Positions 1-11,672 of a stretch of 64,000 nt of DNA are shown here, piece by piece. A program made the translations under genes and the position numbers. The notes under the pieces are model-generated. The model worked only from the letters and a program-made list of their open reading frames with translations. It ran no database searches and was not told the origin of the DNA. Source of the DNA: Bacillota bacterium (lineage in GTDB: Bacteria > Bacillota > Sulfobacillia > Fermentithermobacillales > Fermentithermobacillaceae). Where the stretch lies: NCBI GenBank assembly GCA_050952085.1, contig JBMNKH010000003.1, positions 38,626 through 102,625 of the forward strand. The letters run 5' to 3'. Within the stretch, counting starts at the first letter, position 1, and every line of letters starts with the position of its first letter.

Positions 1-342
1 GGCTGTTTCCACGCAGCCAAGAGGGCGGTTGAGGTAGTGGACAGCTGCCTTGGGCGACTGATTCCAGCGGTCTTGGCCGGGGGTGGCGCAGCTCTCATCA
101 TTGCAGACCACGGCAATGTAGAGGAGTTGGTTGAGTTCCAGGAGGGAGAAGAGGGGGGCCATACCTATCATACTTCCAACAACGTCCCGTGCATACTGGT
201 GACGAAAGATAACCAGGTCAGCGGGCGGGTTGTGAAGGGGCTCAGGAAAGGAATTCTCGCCGATGTTGCCCCTACAATATTGGAGATAATGGAATTGGAC
301 AAACCGGCTGAGATGGACAGGGACAGCCTCATATTGTATTGA
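1..342 (+). CDS. gpmI: 2,3-bisphosphoglycerate-independent phosphoglycerate mutase, C-terminal part (5' end outside window)
   Basis: IIADHGNVE, HTSNNVP and GILADVAPTILEIM...P.EM motifs; directly upstream of eno. Confidence 0.9.
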   Translation, partial: GCFHAAKRAVEVVDSCLGRLIPAVLAGGGAALIIADHGNVEELVEFQEGEEGGHTYHTSNNVPCILVTKDNQVSGRVVKGLRKGILADVAPTILEIMELDKPAEMDRDSLILY

Positions 343-375
343 AATCCTGGTCTTGTTATCAATTGAATGAGGTGA

Positions 376-1644
<1,269 letters not shown>

Positions 1645-1725
1645 CAGGCGATTATGGACTTGCTTCTCAGTCTGATGTTACAATCGGGTTTGGCGGCAGG
1701 TGTTCTTGGGAGAGAGGTGAGTTGA

Positions 1726-1953
1726 GTGGAGACCGTCGTTAGGGTTTTTCACTGGATCGTAACCATAGGTTTGATTGCAGTTGTGGTGCTCCAGCCAGGC
1801 AGGAGTGCAGGCCTGAGTTTCATGGGAGGCGGCCTTGAGGGCATGTCAAGCCGGAAAAAGAAAGGGCTTGAATCACTGTTCTCCAAGCTGACTGTGTATT
1901 TCGCAATAGCTTTCATGGTTACCTCGCTGGCGCTTGCATTCCTGAGGCGTTGA
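1726..1953 (+). CDS. secG: Preprotein translocase subunit SecG
   Basis: 75 aa with two TM segments, VVLQPG..AGL..GG loop and L.KLT; canonical position after eno. Confidence 0.93.
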   Translation: METVVRVFHWIVTIGLIAVVVLQPGRSAGLSFMGGGLEGMSSRKKKGLESLFSKLTVYFAIAFMVTSLALAFLRR

Positions 1954-2081
1954 GACTGCCGGCCGGCAGCTATGATGCCTGCAGGCGTCTAGACACTGGG
2001 TGGAAACCAGACTCCTCAGCAGGCCGTTGTACCGGCCGCTAGCCGGCGGGGCAAATGGTATTTGAAAGGAGTATATGGGTC

Positions 2082-4109
2082 ATGATGAGCTCTGGGTGGG
2101 CAGCAGCACCTGTAGCAGGAATTCTCGCATTATTGTTTGCTGTGCTTCTCCGTTCACGGGTAGCATCCGGCGATCCCGGTTCAAAGGAGATGCAGGAAAT
2201 CGGCAATGCCATACACGAAGGCGCCATGGCGTTCTTGAGCAGGGAATACCGCTATCTGGCGGTTTTCGTAGTGGTAGTTGCACTTCTCATGTTTGTCGCA
2301 GGCTACATGAATCCCGGATCGATGAGGCCAGAAACAGCCATTGCGTTTATCCTCGGGGCAGTGGCTTCAGCTTTGGCAGGATTCATAGGTATGACTACGG
2401 CTACCATGGCCAACTCAAGGACAACCCAGGCTGCCAAGAAGGGCACTGTCAGAGCACTTGACGTTGCCTTTTCCGGCGGGGCCGTTATGGGAATGACAGT
2501 GGTAGGACTGGGCCTGGCCGGGCTGGGGCTTGTCTATTTCCTGTTCGGCGATGTTAACGATCCTGCTTCTATGGGAGTTATAAACGGGTTTGCGTTTGGC
2601 GCCAGCTCAATTGCCCTCTTTGCCAGGGTTGGCGGCGGTATCTACACTAAAGCTGCAGACGTAGGCGCAGACCTGGTAGGCAAAGTTGAAGCAGGCATTC
2701 CTGAAGACGATCCCCGTAACCCTGCAGTCATCGCAGACAACGTGGGTGACAACGTAGGCGACGTAGCCGGGATGGGCGCAGACCTTTTCGAATCTTATGT
2801 CGGTTCCATAGTGGCAGCCATGGCCTTGGGAGCTGTCATGGACACACCGGGCAAGGCGCTGGTCGCTGTCATGCTGCCCCTGGTGCTGGCAGCAGGCGGC
2901 GTGCTTTCATCTATACTGGGTACCTTTTTCGTCAGGGCAAAGATGTCTGAACCCTCAGTAGCTTTGAGGGTGGGTTCCATTTCATCGAGTATCATCGTGT
3001 TAATTGTATCGTATGGAATTATTGTGTTTGCCACAGGAGCATCTACCCTGTTCTGGCCTGTGTTTGCAGGTGTAGCAGCCGGTGTGCTCATTGGGCTTAC
3101 GTCAGAGTACTATACATCGTCGGATTTTGCTCCGGTGAAAACCATTGCCGAGTCGTCTACCAGCGGGCCGGCTACAAACGTTATCCAGGGTATGGCTGTA
3201 GGAATGAAGTCCACAGCTGCTCCCCTCATTTTGGTAGGGCTTGCGAGTCTATTGGCCTTCAAGTTCGGTGACGTCAGCGGGTACGGCGGGCTATACGGAA
3301 TCGCTCTGGCTGCGGTAGGGATGCTGTCCACTACAGGGATGACCGTTTCAGTCGACGCATACGGTCCTATAGCTGATAACGCAGGCGGTATTGCAGAGAT
3401 GACCCACCAAGATCCGGGTGTCAGGGAAATCACTGATGGACTGGATGCTTTGGGCAACACCACCGCTGCCCTTGGAAAAGGCTTCGCCATTGGCTCAGCC
3501 GCGCTTACCGCCCTGGCGCTATTTGCCAGCTATTCGCAAGCTGTGGGGCTTTACGTCATAGATATCTTGAATGCTAAGGTGATTACCGGGCTTCTCATAG
3601 GCGGAATGTTGCCAATGTTGTTCGCTGCGATGACGATGGAATCTGTAAGTAAGGCAGCGTTCCAGATGGTTGAAGAAGTGAGAAGGCAATTCAGGGAAAT
3701 CAAAGGGATTATGGAAGGCAAAGCACGTCCTGATTATGCACGGTGCGTGGACATTTCCACTGCAAGTGCTTTGAAGCAGATGATGGTGCCTGGGCTGCTG
3801 GCGGTCTTGGTGCCTCTTGCTGTTGGCCTTGCACTTGGTAAGGAAGCTCTTGCAGGGCTGTTGGCCGGCAGCTTGGTGACAGGTGTTGTCATGGCGGTTT
3901 TCCTGGCCAATGCAGGCGGAGCATGGGACAACGCAAAGAAGTATATTGAAGCAGGCGCCCTTGGAGGTAAAGGAACGCCTACCCATGCCGCGGCTGTTGT
4001 AGGTGATACAGTGGGCGACCCGTGCAAAGATACAGCCGGGCCATCGCTTAACATATTGATCAAACTGATGAGCATAGTAGCTCTGGTGTTTGCGTCGCTG
4101 TTTAGGTAG
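2082..4109 (+). CDS. hppA: Membrane-bound K+-dependent, probably Na+-translocating pyrophosphatase
   Basis: [59 protein letters not shown]; start placed after AAAGGAG SD. Confidence 0.96.
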   Translation: MMSSGWAAAPVAGILALLFAVLLRSRVASGDPGSKEMQEIGNAIHEGAMAFLSREYRYLAVFVVVVALLMFVAGYMNPGSMRPETAIAFILGAVASALAGFIGMTTATMANSRTTQAAKKGTVRALDVAFSGGAVMGMTVVGLGLAGLGLVYFLFGDVNDPASMGVINGFAFGASSIALFARVGGGIYTKAADVGADLVGKVEAGIPEDDPRNPAVIADNVGDNVGDVAGMGADLFESYVGSIVAAMALGAVMDTPGKALVAVMLPLVLAAGGVLSSILGTFFVRAKMSEPSVALRVGSISSSIIVLIVSYGIIVFATGASTLFWPVFAGVAAGVLIGLTSEYYTSSDFAPVKTIAESSTSGPATNVIQGMAVGMKSTAAPLILVGLASLLAFKFGDVSGYGGLYGIALAAVGMLSTTGMTVSVDAYGPIADNAGGIAEMTHQDPGVREITDGLDALGNTTAALGKGFAIGSAALTALALFASYSQAVGLYVIDILNAKVITGLLIGGMLPMLFAAMTMESVSKAAFQMVEEVRRQFREIKGIMEGKARPDYARCVDISTASALKQMMVPGLLAVLVPLAVGLALGKEALAGLLAGSLVTGVVMAVFLANAGGAWDNAKKYIEAGALGGKGTPTHAAAVVGDTVGDPCKDTAGPSLNILIKLMSIVALVFASLFR

Positions 4110-4318
4110 TGTCACTTTAGGTTGTTCAGCAGTTCAAAGACAGTGTGAGTAATCTAGTTTGTTGCAGTGCCGGCAACCAAAGTAGTTGAGGTGCCGGCAA
4201 GATATTATCCCGGTATGTACCATGCCCTGAGCCCTAATGAGGGCCAGGGCATGCGTGAATGTTAGCTTCAGAAGGTTTGTTTTCGAACCAAGATGTAAAA
4301 CAAGTGAGGGATGATACA

Positions 4319-4870
4319 TTGACCAGAGATGAACTTGTAGCTGAGGTGTCAAAGCGCGTAACTACAAAGAATTTGTTTAAGCATATCCTTGCTGTGGAAG
4401 CGGTTATGAGGCGGCTGGCCAGGCATTTTGGCGAAGACGAAGAAAGATGGGGAGCGGCTGGGCTGCTTCACGACATTGATTATGATGAGACTAGAGATAA
4501 CCCGCATCTCCACAGTATTAAGTCAGCCGAAATTGCAGCCGGGCTTGGATTTGACGAAGAAATAGTGGATGCTGTGAAAGCTCACAGCGACATACATGGG
4601 CTTCCGAGAGACACAAGAATGGCCAAGGCGCTATATTCGGCCGATTCTCTTACCGGGCTTATTGTAGCTTCAGCGCTGATTTCCCCAGGTAAGAGATTGG
4701 CGGGCATCGACACTGAATTTGTGATGAACCGGATGGGTGAGAAGGCGTTTGCCAGAGGTGCGAACCGCGACGCTATACGGTCCTGCTCTGAACTAGGATT
4801 CGAAGTGGAAGAGTTTGTATCACTGGCGCTTGAAGCTATGCAGGGGATTTCCAAGGAATTAGGGTTGTAG
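4319..4870 (+). CDS. HD-domain (HDIG-type) metal-dependent phosphohydrolase
   Basis: KHILAVEAVMR, GLLHDIDY, AH, D.LTGLI, KAFARGANR; probable TTG start after GAGGG. Confidence 0.85.
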   Translation: MTRDELVAEVSKRVTTKNLFKHILAVEAVMRRLARHFGEDEERWGAAGLLHDIDYDETRDNPHLHSIKSAEIAAGLGFDEEIVDAVKAHSDIHGLPRDTRMAKALYSADSLTGLIVASALISPGKRLAGIDTEFVMNRMGEKAFARGANRDAIRSCSELGFEVEEFVSLALEAMQGISKELGL

Positions 4871-4896
4871 GATTGCGTTGGTCCGCGGGAGGAAAC

Positions 4897-5370
4897 ATGA
4901 AAAAGCGCGACAATGTGAAAACAGTGGTTAGAAATAGAAAGGCCAGGCACGATTACATAATCGAAGAAGTAATCGAGGCTGGCATTGCTTTGATCGGGAC
5001 AGAGGTCAAGTCCCTCCGCATGGGCAGGGCAAGTTTACAGGATTCCTATGCCCAGCTTGTAGGGAACGAAGTGTTCCTGAGAAATGCCCATATCGATCAA
5101 TACGAGCCGGCTGCCAGGTTCAACCACGATCCCCTGCGGCCAAGGCGGCTTCTGCTCCACAAAAGAGAAATCAGGAGACTGGCATCCCGGGTGGCCCAGA
5201 AGGGGTATACTCTTGTACCGCTTTCGATTTATTTCAGGGACGGTAAGGCCAAGGTAGAGCTAGCTCTCGCCCGGGGGAAGAAATCTTATGATAAACGGGA
5301 GTCTATCAGGGAAAGGGACCTTGAGCGTGAAGCCCGGCGGGCGTTTAGGGGCAGGGATAGGGAGTATTGA
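4897..5370 (+). CDS. smpB: SsrA-binding protein SmpB
   Basis: NRKARHDY, GIAL.GTEVKSLR, R.LLLHKREI, GKK.YDKR; adjacent to ssrA. Confidence 0.99.
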   Translation: MKKRDNVKTVVRNRKARHDYIIEEVIEAGIALIGTEVKSLRMGRASLQDSYAQLVGNEVFLRNAHIDQYEPAARFNHDPLRPRRLLLHKREIRRLASRVAQKGYTLVPLSIYFRDGKAKVELALARGKKSYDKRESIRERDLEREARRAFRGRDREY

Positions 5371-5400
5371 AGAGAGGCATCTATCTCGATTAGCCATATG

Positions 5401-5429
5401 TTGTCAGTTTGATGGTTACGTGATAGAAT
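5401..5429 (+). promoter_or_regulatory. Sigma70/sigmaA promoter of ssrA
   Basis: TTGTCA-17 bp-TAGAAT with TG extended -10. Confidence 0.7.
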
Positions 5430-5461
5430 TGTTGACGCAGCAGTTGGACTGCATGAGCTCT

Positions 5462-5809
5462 GGGGGCGAATCAGGTTCGACGTAGGTAATTGGGTTTGAG
5501 TAGCGAGCATGGGTGCCGCACCCACAACAGCGGCAAACAAATAACTGCCAATACAAATTACGCACTGGCTGCTTAATTAGACAGCCACGGTACCAGGGAG
5601 AAAGCTTCCCTATCCCTGAGCTACCGTCACTAGGGAAGATACCTGTAAGGGGGTGCTCGGGACCTTACAGGGAACCCGATTCTGAGCTGGCGGGGAAAGA
5701 AGCCCGCTCCGGGGCGGCTTACCCTGCGAGAACAGTACCGGAGCTACGCTCGTAGAGACTGAAACTTGGTTGCTTGCGGACGAGGGTGCAATTCCCTCCG
5801 CCTCCACCA
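5462..5809 (+). ncRNA. ssrA: tmRNA; tag ANTNYALAA encoded at 5547-5576
   Basis: 5' GGGGGCG pairs with 3' CGCCTCC-A-CCA; ATAACT-GCC resume context; tag ends YALAA-stop; next to smpB. Confidence 0.97.
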
Positions 5810-6015
5810 AATCTTCACATATTTCTCCGCACGTTTCTTGGCCCTTACTTTCCGCATGAGCGAATCCATGACAGTCAGGTTCAACACCGCAGTCTAGTAA
5901 ATATTTCGGCTGTGCAGAAGTTTCTGGCGATTTCTTGACTGATTGAGTCTCTAATTTTAGACTTACTTTGAAGCTGAAAACATCTCATAGTGCCAGGCAA
6001 GAGGAGGTGACCTGA

Positions 6016-6465
6016 TTGCCGAAGGAGGAATTTTCCGGTTCTGTAGTCCGCATCGAACGCCTTTTGAGACATGTAGCGTTTATAATCAAGAAGCGGGGAC
6101 GAGACATACTCAGCGACTTTGAGATAACCACACCGCAGTTTCTAGCTTTGGTGGTTTTGAAGGATAAGCCGGGGATTACGATGGGCGAACTATGTGAGAG
6201 GCTTTTCCTGGCGTGCTCAACCGCGACTGACTTGATAGACAGGATGGAGAAAAACGGCTACCTGGACCGGAACCGCGATCCTGAAGACCGCAGGGTTATA
6301 AGATTGTCAATAACTGGAAAAGGCAAGGACATTATCAGCCAGGTTATCAACGCCCGGAGGCGCTATGTAGAATCAATCTTGGCCCAACTTACCCAAGAGG
6401 AAATTGACCAGCTGGAGCGCTCCTTGGAGAAACTGGATGCCCTGATGGTTGCCGGTGAGGTCTAG
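6016..6465 (+). CDS. MarR-family transcriptional regulator
   Basis: ITTPQF, ST.T.LIDRMEKNG, R.RDPEDRRV; TTG start after GGAGGTGA. Confidence 0.93.
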   Translation: MPKEEFSGSVVRIERLLRHVAFIIKKRGRDILSDFEITTPQFLALVVLKDKPGITMGELCERLFLACSTATDLIDRMEKNGYLDRNRDPEDRRVIRLSITGKGKDIISQVINARRRYVESILAQLTQEEIDQLERSLEKLDALMVAGEV

Positions 6466-6526
6466 TCCCGTTTCAAACGGCAAGGGTACCGGAGCAGTTC
6501 ACGCAAACAGACAGAGGTGAGATGCA

Positions 6527-7039
6527 GTGCTAATTGAATACCTGCTTATTTTCTTAGCACGGGTATGTGATGTGACTCTCTCAACAGTGAGGATGTTATT
6601 AGTTGTAAGAGGTAAACGGTATCCTGCCGCGGCTATCGGCTTGGTGGAAGCCAGTATCTATATTACAGCGCTTGGCAGGGTGATAAGCAACATAGATGAC
6701 CCGTTGAAAGTGCTGGCATACGGCTTAGGCTTCGCTTCCGGGACCGTGCTTGGAAGTATGGTCGAGGAACGGCTTGCACTCGGCCATGTATCTTTGGAAG
6801 TAATTCCACCTGATGAAAATGCCGAAGAGCTTCTCAGGGCATTAAGAACTGCGGGATATGGGGTTACCGAGCTTACGGGCTACGGGATGAAGGGCCCGAA
6901 GAAGGTCCTGCTGGTGTCAACTGGCCGCAAGAGCTTGCCAAGGCTCACTGCGATAATTGAAGAATTTGCCCCTGATTGTTTCATGACCGTGCTAGAAACC
7001 CGGGCGGTCCGCGGTGGAGTTACACCCTTCTTGAAGTGA
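6527..7039 (+). CDS. UPF0316 / DUF2179 membrane protein
   Basis: IFLARVCDVTLSTVR, YGLGFASGT..G, LR..GYGVT...G.G..G. Confidence 0.85.
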   Translation: MLIEYLLIFLARVCDVTLSTVRMLLVVRGKRYPAAAIGLVEASIYITALGRVISNIDDPLKVLAYGLGFASGTVLGSMVEERLALGHVSLEVIPPDENAEELLRALRTAGYGVTELTGYGMKGPKKVLLVSTGRKSLPRLTAIIEEFAPDCFMTVLETRAVRGGVTPFLK

Positions 7040-7140
7040 TTGAGATTACAATAAGGTAACTTGGGTAGCATAGCTCATTGAACCAGGTTAGAGGAACCAG
7101 GTTAAAGCCCAGGTTAGAGCAGTGTAAAGAGGTGCATGAG

Positions 7141-7902
7141 ATGAGAATTGACGGCCGGGAACCAGGGGAGTTGAGGCCGGTTTCGATTACCCCAGGATAT
7201 CTCAAGTATCCTCAGGGGTCTTGTCTTATTGAAGCGGGAGACACCAGAGTAATCTGTACCGCCATGGTGGATGATAGGGTTCCTCCCTTCCTCAAAGGTA
7301 CTTCTTCAGGGTGGATCACTGCGGAATACTCAATGCTGCCGGGAGCCACGCCGGAAAGGACTTCCCGGGAAGTATCACGTGGCAGGCCCGGGGGCAGGAC
7401 CATGGAAATACAGCGTTTGATAGGCAGGAGCTTGCGGGCAGCGGTTGACCTGGAAGCGTTAGGAGAAAGGACTGTCTGGATAGATTGTGATGTCATTCAG
7501 GCGGATGGAGGAACCAGGACTGCTGCTATAACAGGCGGGTTCGTTGCACTGGTGCTTGCATTGGCTAAACTCAACGAGACTGAGGGATGGGCCAGGTTTC
7601 CTGTACGTGACCATGTTGCTGCAGTGAGCGTGGGTATTTCTCAAGGTGTCCCTATCCTTGATCTTTGCTACGCTGAGGATTCAACAGCAGATGTCGATAT
7701 GAACATCGTCTTAACCGGCAGCGGGGAGTTTATCGAGATACAGGGCACGGCAGAGCAGTCGCCTTTTTCGTCAGAACTCTTGCAGGAACTGTTAGAGCTT
7801 GCACAGCAGGGTATTGCGACCCTGATAGAAATACAGAAGCGGGCGCTAGGGTCTGCTGCTGGGCTCATTGGCTCTGGCCATAAGCCGGTGAGTGCTGAAT
7901 AG
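7141..7902 (+). CDS. rph: Ribonuclease PH
   Basis: [43 protein letters not shown]. Confidence 0.98.
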   Translation: MRIDGREPGELRPVSITPGYLKYPQGSCLIEAGDTRVICTAMVDDRVPPFLKGTSSGWITAEYSMLPGATPERTSREVSRGRPGGRTMEIQRLIGRSLRAAVDLEALGERTVWIDCDVIQADGGTRTAAITGGFVALVLALAKLNETEGWARFPVRDHVAAVSVGISQGVPILDLCYAEDSTADVDMNIVLTGSGEFIEIQGTAEQSPFSSELLQELLELAQQGIATLIEIQKRALGSAAGLIGSGHKPVSAE

Positions 7903-7929
7903 TGACTGGGAATCCGCTCCTGACTTGGG

Positions 7930-8574
7930 ATGGTGGTTGAATGCATGTCTGATATAAGGACTATTGTTGTCGTATCCCGCAACCAGGGCAAAATCCGCGA
8001 GTTCAAACGCATCTTTTCGGATTATGTTCCAGATGTAAAGTGGCGTTTCTTAAGCGCAATTGACCTGGGATTGCCCGAAGTTGAGGAAACAGGTAGCACG
8101 TTTGCTGAAAATGCCAGGATCAAGGCGCTGGCAGGCGCAAAGTACCTGGCCGGCACCAAGTATTCAGGATACATATGCCTTGGCGAAGACTCAGGGCTTG
8201 AAGTAGATAAACTTGACGGTGGCCCTGGCGTCAATTCGCACCGCTTTTCGGAAAGCGGGTCGGATGAGGACAACAACAAGCTGCTGCTTGATCTCTTGGA
8301 TGGGGTGCCTTGGGATGAGCGCACCTGCCGGTACAAGGCTGCGATTGCACTGGCTGACTCCACAGGCATAATCGCCCAATCTACCGGGAGTGTAGAGGGT
8401 ATTATACATACGGAACTCCGGGGGACAAACGGATTCGGATACGATCCTTTGTTCTATGCGGTTGAGTTGGGAAAGACTTTTGGGGAAGCGTCTGACGCGG
8501 AGAAAGATGCCATCAGCCACAGGAGGAGAGCTATCCAGGGGCTGATTCCGGCGATAAAACGGATCATGTTGTGA
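7930..8574 (+). CDS. rdgB: Non-canonical purine NTP pyrophosphatase (RdgB/HAM1)
   Basis: N.GK..E, ETGSTF.ENA..K, DSGL, PGV.S.RF, GFGYDP.F, SHR; follows rph. Confidence 0.95.
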   Translation: MVVECMSDIRTIVVVSRNQGKIREFKRIFSDYVPDVKWRFLSAIDLGLPEVEETGSTFAENARIKALAGAKYLAGTKYSGYICLGEDSGLEVDKLDGGPGVNSHRFSESGSDEDNNKLLLDLLDGVPWDERTCRYKAAIALADSTGIIAQSTGSVEGIIHTELRGTNGFGYDPLFYAVELGKTFGEASDAEKDAISHRRRAIQGLIPAIKRIML

Positions 8575-8789
8575 TATCTATGTTGCTATGCCGGACAAGG
8601 CAAGCAACAAATGCAACTAAGAAAGACGGTCACGGTCTGATAGCCGGCTAGAGACTCTAAGACAGGACCAGAGCTCGTTAGATGAATAAAGGGAACTTGA
8701 GCATCGAACTGGCCAAACAACCCTTGTCAGGGTGAAACCAAAGAAACAGCGCCGTTTAGCATAGGATCTGGAAGGAAGAGGGTTGCTCT

Positions 8790-9263
8790 TTGCTCATAGG
8801 TGTGATTTCCGATTCCCACGGGAACAGGAAACGCATACTTGATGCGTTGCCCTATTTAGAAGGAGTTGAACATATTCTCCACGCCGGGGATTTCTTCGAA
8901 GATGCCCAGAACATAGACGCGGCGGTTAAGTGCAAGGTTACCGCGGTAGCCGGCAACTGCGACTATATGGTGCGCGGGCCTTTTGAAGAACTGCTTGTGT
9001 TGAATGGCTACAGGATCTACTTGACCCACGGGCATCTTTATAATGTCAAGCGGGACCTTAAGGCGTTGGTGGAAAGAGCTAAAGAGTTGGATGCACACGT
9101 AGCGGTGTTCGGTCATACCCATACTCCCCAAGTGTTCTGTGAAGACGGCATTCTTATCGTAAATCCAGGGAGCCTCCATAGCCCACGGCAGGGCTATCAG
9201 CCTTCTATCGCGATGATAGACCTTTCGCAACGGCCTCCCAGGGCGGATCTTATATTCCTATAA
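8790..9263 (+). CDS. YfcE/MJ0936-family metallophosphoesterase
   Basis: SDSHG, HAGD, GNCD, THGH, FGHTH, NPGS. Confidence 0.93.
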   Translation: MLIGVISDSHGNRKRILDALPYLEGVEHILHAGDFFEDAQNIDAAVKCKVTAVAGNCDYMVRGPFEELLVLNGYRIYLTHGHLYNVKRDLKALVERAKELDAHVAVFGHTHTPQVFCEDGILIVNPGSLHSPRQGYQPSIAMIDLSQRPPRADLIFL

Positions 9264-9307
9264 CCGGTGTTCGTGGCAAGCTCCCTCCGGTAATTTCCCT
9301 TGGGGCA

Positions 9308-9806
9308 TCTGTTGCACCAGGTGTACCATTAGGGAGGCTTTTATTGGGGAACGGTTCGGGATGGTGAGTCTGGTGCACCGTTTCGGCGACGTGCGGCGGG
9401 GGATCTAGCCAGATTGGGGTACGTGGTGCACCACTATAATCGGATACTGTATCGAAGTCACTCACAATGGTGTATGTGATGCACCATTCCTTCAGCAATC
9501 CACTTGAGAAGACCTAAGAATGGTGCACAGGACGCACCAGTTGGATTGGATTTCTTCCGGTAAAGGCGAAAATCGGTGCACCCGGTGAGCCATTTCAGTT
9601 GACGAATGCCCGGAAGCTAGGCAAAACGGTGCACACGGTGCACCATTTTTCGAAGATCCGGCGCCAAGGCAGAGATGATTGGTGCATATGATGTACCATT
9701 TTCCTGCTTTCTGCGGTCAGGGCTGTAAGGGTTGGTGCATGTGGTGCACCATTTTGCTGGTTTATGTGAGGAAACCGCGGAAGAATGGTGCACAGACTGC
9801 GCCATC
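9308..9806. repeat. Array of ten degenerate 23-bp palindromes (AATGGTGCA-N5-TGCACCATT) with unique 30-bp spacers, 53-bp period
   Basis: Units start at 9308, 9360, 9413, 9466, 9519, 9572, 9625, 9678, 9731 and 9784. Confidence 0.92.
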
Positions 9807-9890
9807 CCAAGCCGGAGTTGGTTTGAAGCAAATGACGAATGGGATGTCTGGATGTCTATTTGGGATTCGAGAGGGGAGAGTCCTATCCAT

Positions 9891-9919
9891 TTGCTTCAGC
9901 ACTGCAAAAATCATATAAT
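9891..9919 (+). promoter_or_regulatory. Putative sigma70 promoter of tRNA-Pro
   Basis: TTGCTT-17 bp-TATAAT about 50 bp upstream of the tRNA. Confidence 0.65.
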
Positions 9920-9971
9920 ATCTCTAGCCCTCGAGCTATCGAGCAACTTAAGACCGCGAATGAGCGAGTGT

Positions 9972-10048
9972 CGGGGAGTGGCGCAGTTTGGTAGCGCGCA
10001 TGGTTTGGGACCATGAGGTCGCAGGTTCAAATCCTGTCTCCCCGACCA
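9972..10048 (+). tRNA. tRNA-Pro (TGG)
   Basis: Acceptor stem CGGGGAG/CTCCCCG, anticodon arm CATGG-TTTGGGA-CCATG, T-loop TTCAAAT, encoded CCA. Confidence 0.98.
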
Positions 10049-10245
10049 TAATGTTTCCTGTTAACAGCTGCAATCCGTGAATGGCAGTGGCGCTCTTCAT
10101 GAGAAGTATCGCCCTCGCAAGCCAGAATACTTGGAGGAGCAATCAACCTCTGCTCTTGAAGGACTTATGACTGCTGAGAGCATAGTTCGCCTGTGTTTCG
10201 TTACAGACAGTTACAGCCAGGAAGAACGAGCCGCACTAGGATCGC

Positions 10246-10620
10246 TCAAAAGCGCTGGGCCGACGCTAGTTCCGCTCTTCGCATAGCATGGGAAGCTAAC
10301 AGTCCGATCACCGTTGACAGAGACACCAGGATAAGTCTCATTCGCCAAACTTGGACCCTATCATCTAGCCACAGTGCCCTTAGCAAGTCTGCGTGGCAAC
10401 TGAGAGGATTCATCTTTCCAATCACCTGAAGCCATTGAGGGGCAGAGGACATATCGTACAGTGCTGACGATGAGAAGACCACGGGAAGAAACACTAGGGC
10501 ACTAACTAAGTCCCTGGTTCCATAGTCAGTGATCCTAATGACTATGATGGACCCAATAACGTCTAAAGGGCGATTCCCGGGATCGCCCCCACAATGAGAG
10601 CGACGCTTCTTAGGGCAAAC
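10246..10620 (-). pseudogene. ABC-2 type permease fragment
   Basis: LVFLPVVFSSSALY....P.WLQ.I...NPLS...D.LR C-terminal signature; upstream frame broken near 10562. Confidence 0.65.
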
Positions 10621-11226
10621 ATGCTGCGGTTACGCAGTAGCAGCGCTGCTAAGGTAGTAAGCGATGCCCACTGAGCGGCTGCAATTGGGATGGCAACTTA
10701 CTAGACAACCATAGATTGTATGTAACGACAAACAATATTTGGATTGGCAGGAATTTCAATGGCTCCGCCAAACAGAAACAGTGGCACGGAGTATTCGTCA
10801 GAACGGGCTACTGAAAATTACCAAGTTCCGAGCGTTACGACAAGGTTTCATGGTCCGTGTGTCGGCAGTTGCTGGAGGTGGCATACGTGTTATACACTGA
10901 AATTGGTCAGGTGCCTCTCAGATGACATGCGATGTGCTGTGCATGGGCACATAGAGAAAACAAGGAGATGATCTAGGAAATGCGCAGCAAGTGGGTTGCT
11001 TTCTCAGTATAAGGCTGGTTTCAAGGTCAAGAGAACTCAGAAAAAGGCAAAATACTCCAAATTTAGTGCAATTTAATGAAGAAGAACAGCAGTCATCTAC
11101 GCAATATCCATCATGACTCACCTACCTAAAGAGTCAGCGAGCGCAAGGATTTAGGAGGTTTCCCATCATGTTAAGACGGCTATCTAAAGTCTCTATGGTG
11201 GTTATTCTGTTCGGTGCGTACCAGTT

Positions 11227-11643
11227 TTGCCGCTGGGGAGATCAATTGTCAGGGTTTTTTGGAGGGTTGGGAAGATGCTTATCATACTAGCGCTTCTGGG
11301 CGGAAGCATCTTGTTGGTTCGGGCTGCCTATCGCCGCTACAGGCACACGGTTGGCCAGCTTGTGGGTAGTCTGGGGCTAGATCTTCTTGGCTCAACGTTT
11401 GTCGGCATGGGCATGTCCCTTCCTGCGCTGGTGCTGTTTTTTCTTACGTGGATGCAGAACTCTGAACGCCGTCGATGGATCATATCCGGACCCTATCCTC
11501 TGGATAGACTTGGCAGTGGTCCCCTCCAGGTCTGGATTGGCATCCTTGGTGTGGTAGTTGGTTGTATTCTGTTATCACTGGGGCTAATCATCCGCACTTA
11601 TGCGTTTTCGTCAGATAGCAGAAGTAACCATACTCATTCGTGA
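11227..11643 (+). CDS. Hypothetical membrane protein (3 hydrophobic segments)
   Basis: Open frame with TM stretches; likely start near 11275 after GGAGG. Confidence 0.5.
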   Translation: MPLGRSIVRVFWRVGKMLIILALLGGSILLVRAAYRRYRHTVGQLVGSLGLDLLGSTFVGMGMSLPALVLFFLTWMQNSERRRWIISGPYPLDRLGSGPLQVWIGILGVVVGCILLSLGLIIRTYAFSSDSRSNHTHS

Positions 11644-11672
11644 GCTCCGACCCCTAAAAAGGAGGAGTATCA

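Noticed and set aside
5513-5810. ORFs 5513-5755 (+) and 5610-5810 (-)
   Set aside because: They overlap the tmRNA
9308-9806. Calling the array a CRISPR
   Set aside because: No two repeats are identical, the centre is variable, and no cas genes or AT-rich leader are seen; reported as a repeat array instead
9308-9806. NtrC-type enhancer (TGCACCA half-sites)
   Set aside because: Half-site orientation and spacing differ from TGCACCA-N3-TGGTGCA, and no sigma54 promoter was seen nearby
9837-9860. Possible eleventh array unit (AATGGGATGTCTGGATGTCTATT)
   Set aside because: Too degenerate and off-phase by 1 bp
9250-10016. Short ORFs over the array (MVH/WCT-rich)
   Set aside because: By-products of the palindromes; a 53-bp period is not a multiple of 3 and there are no SD sites
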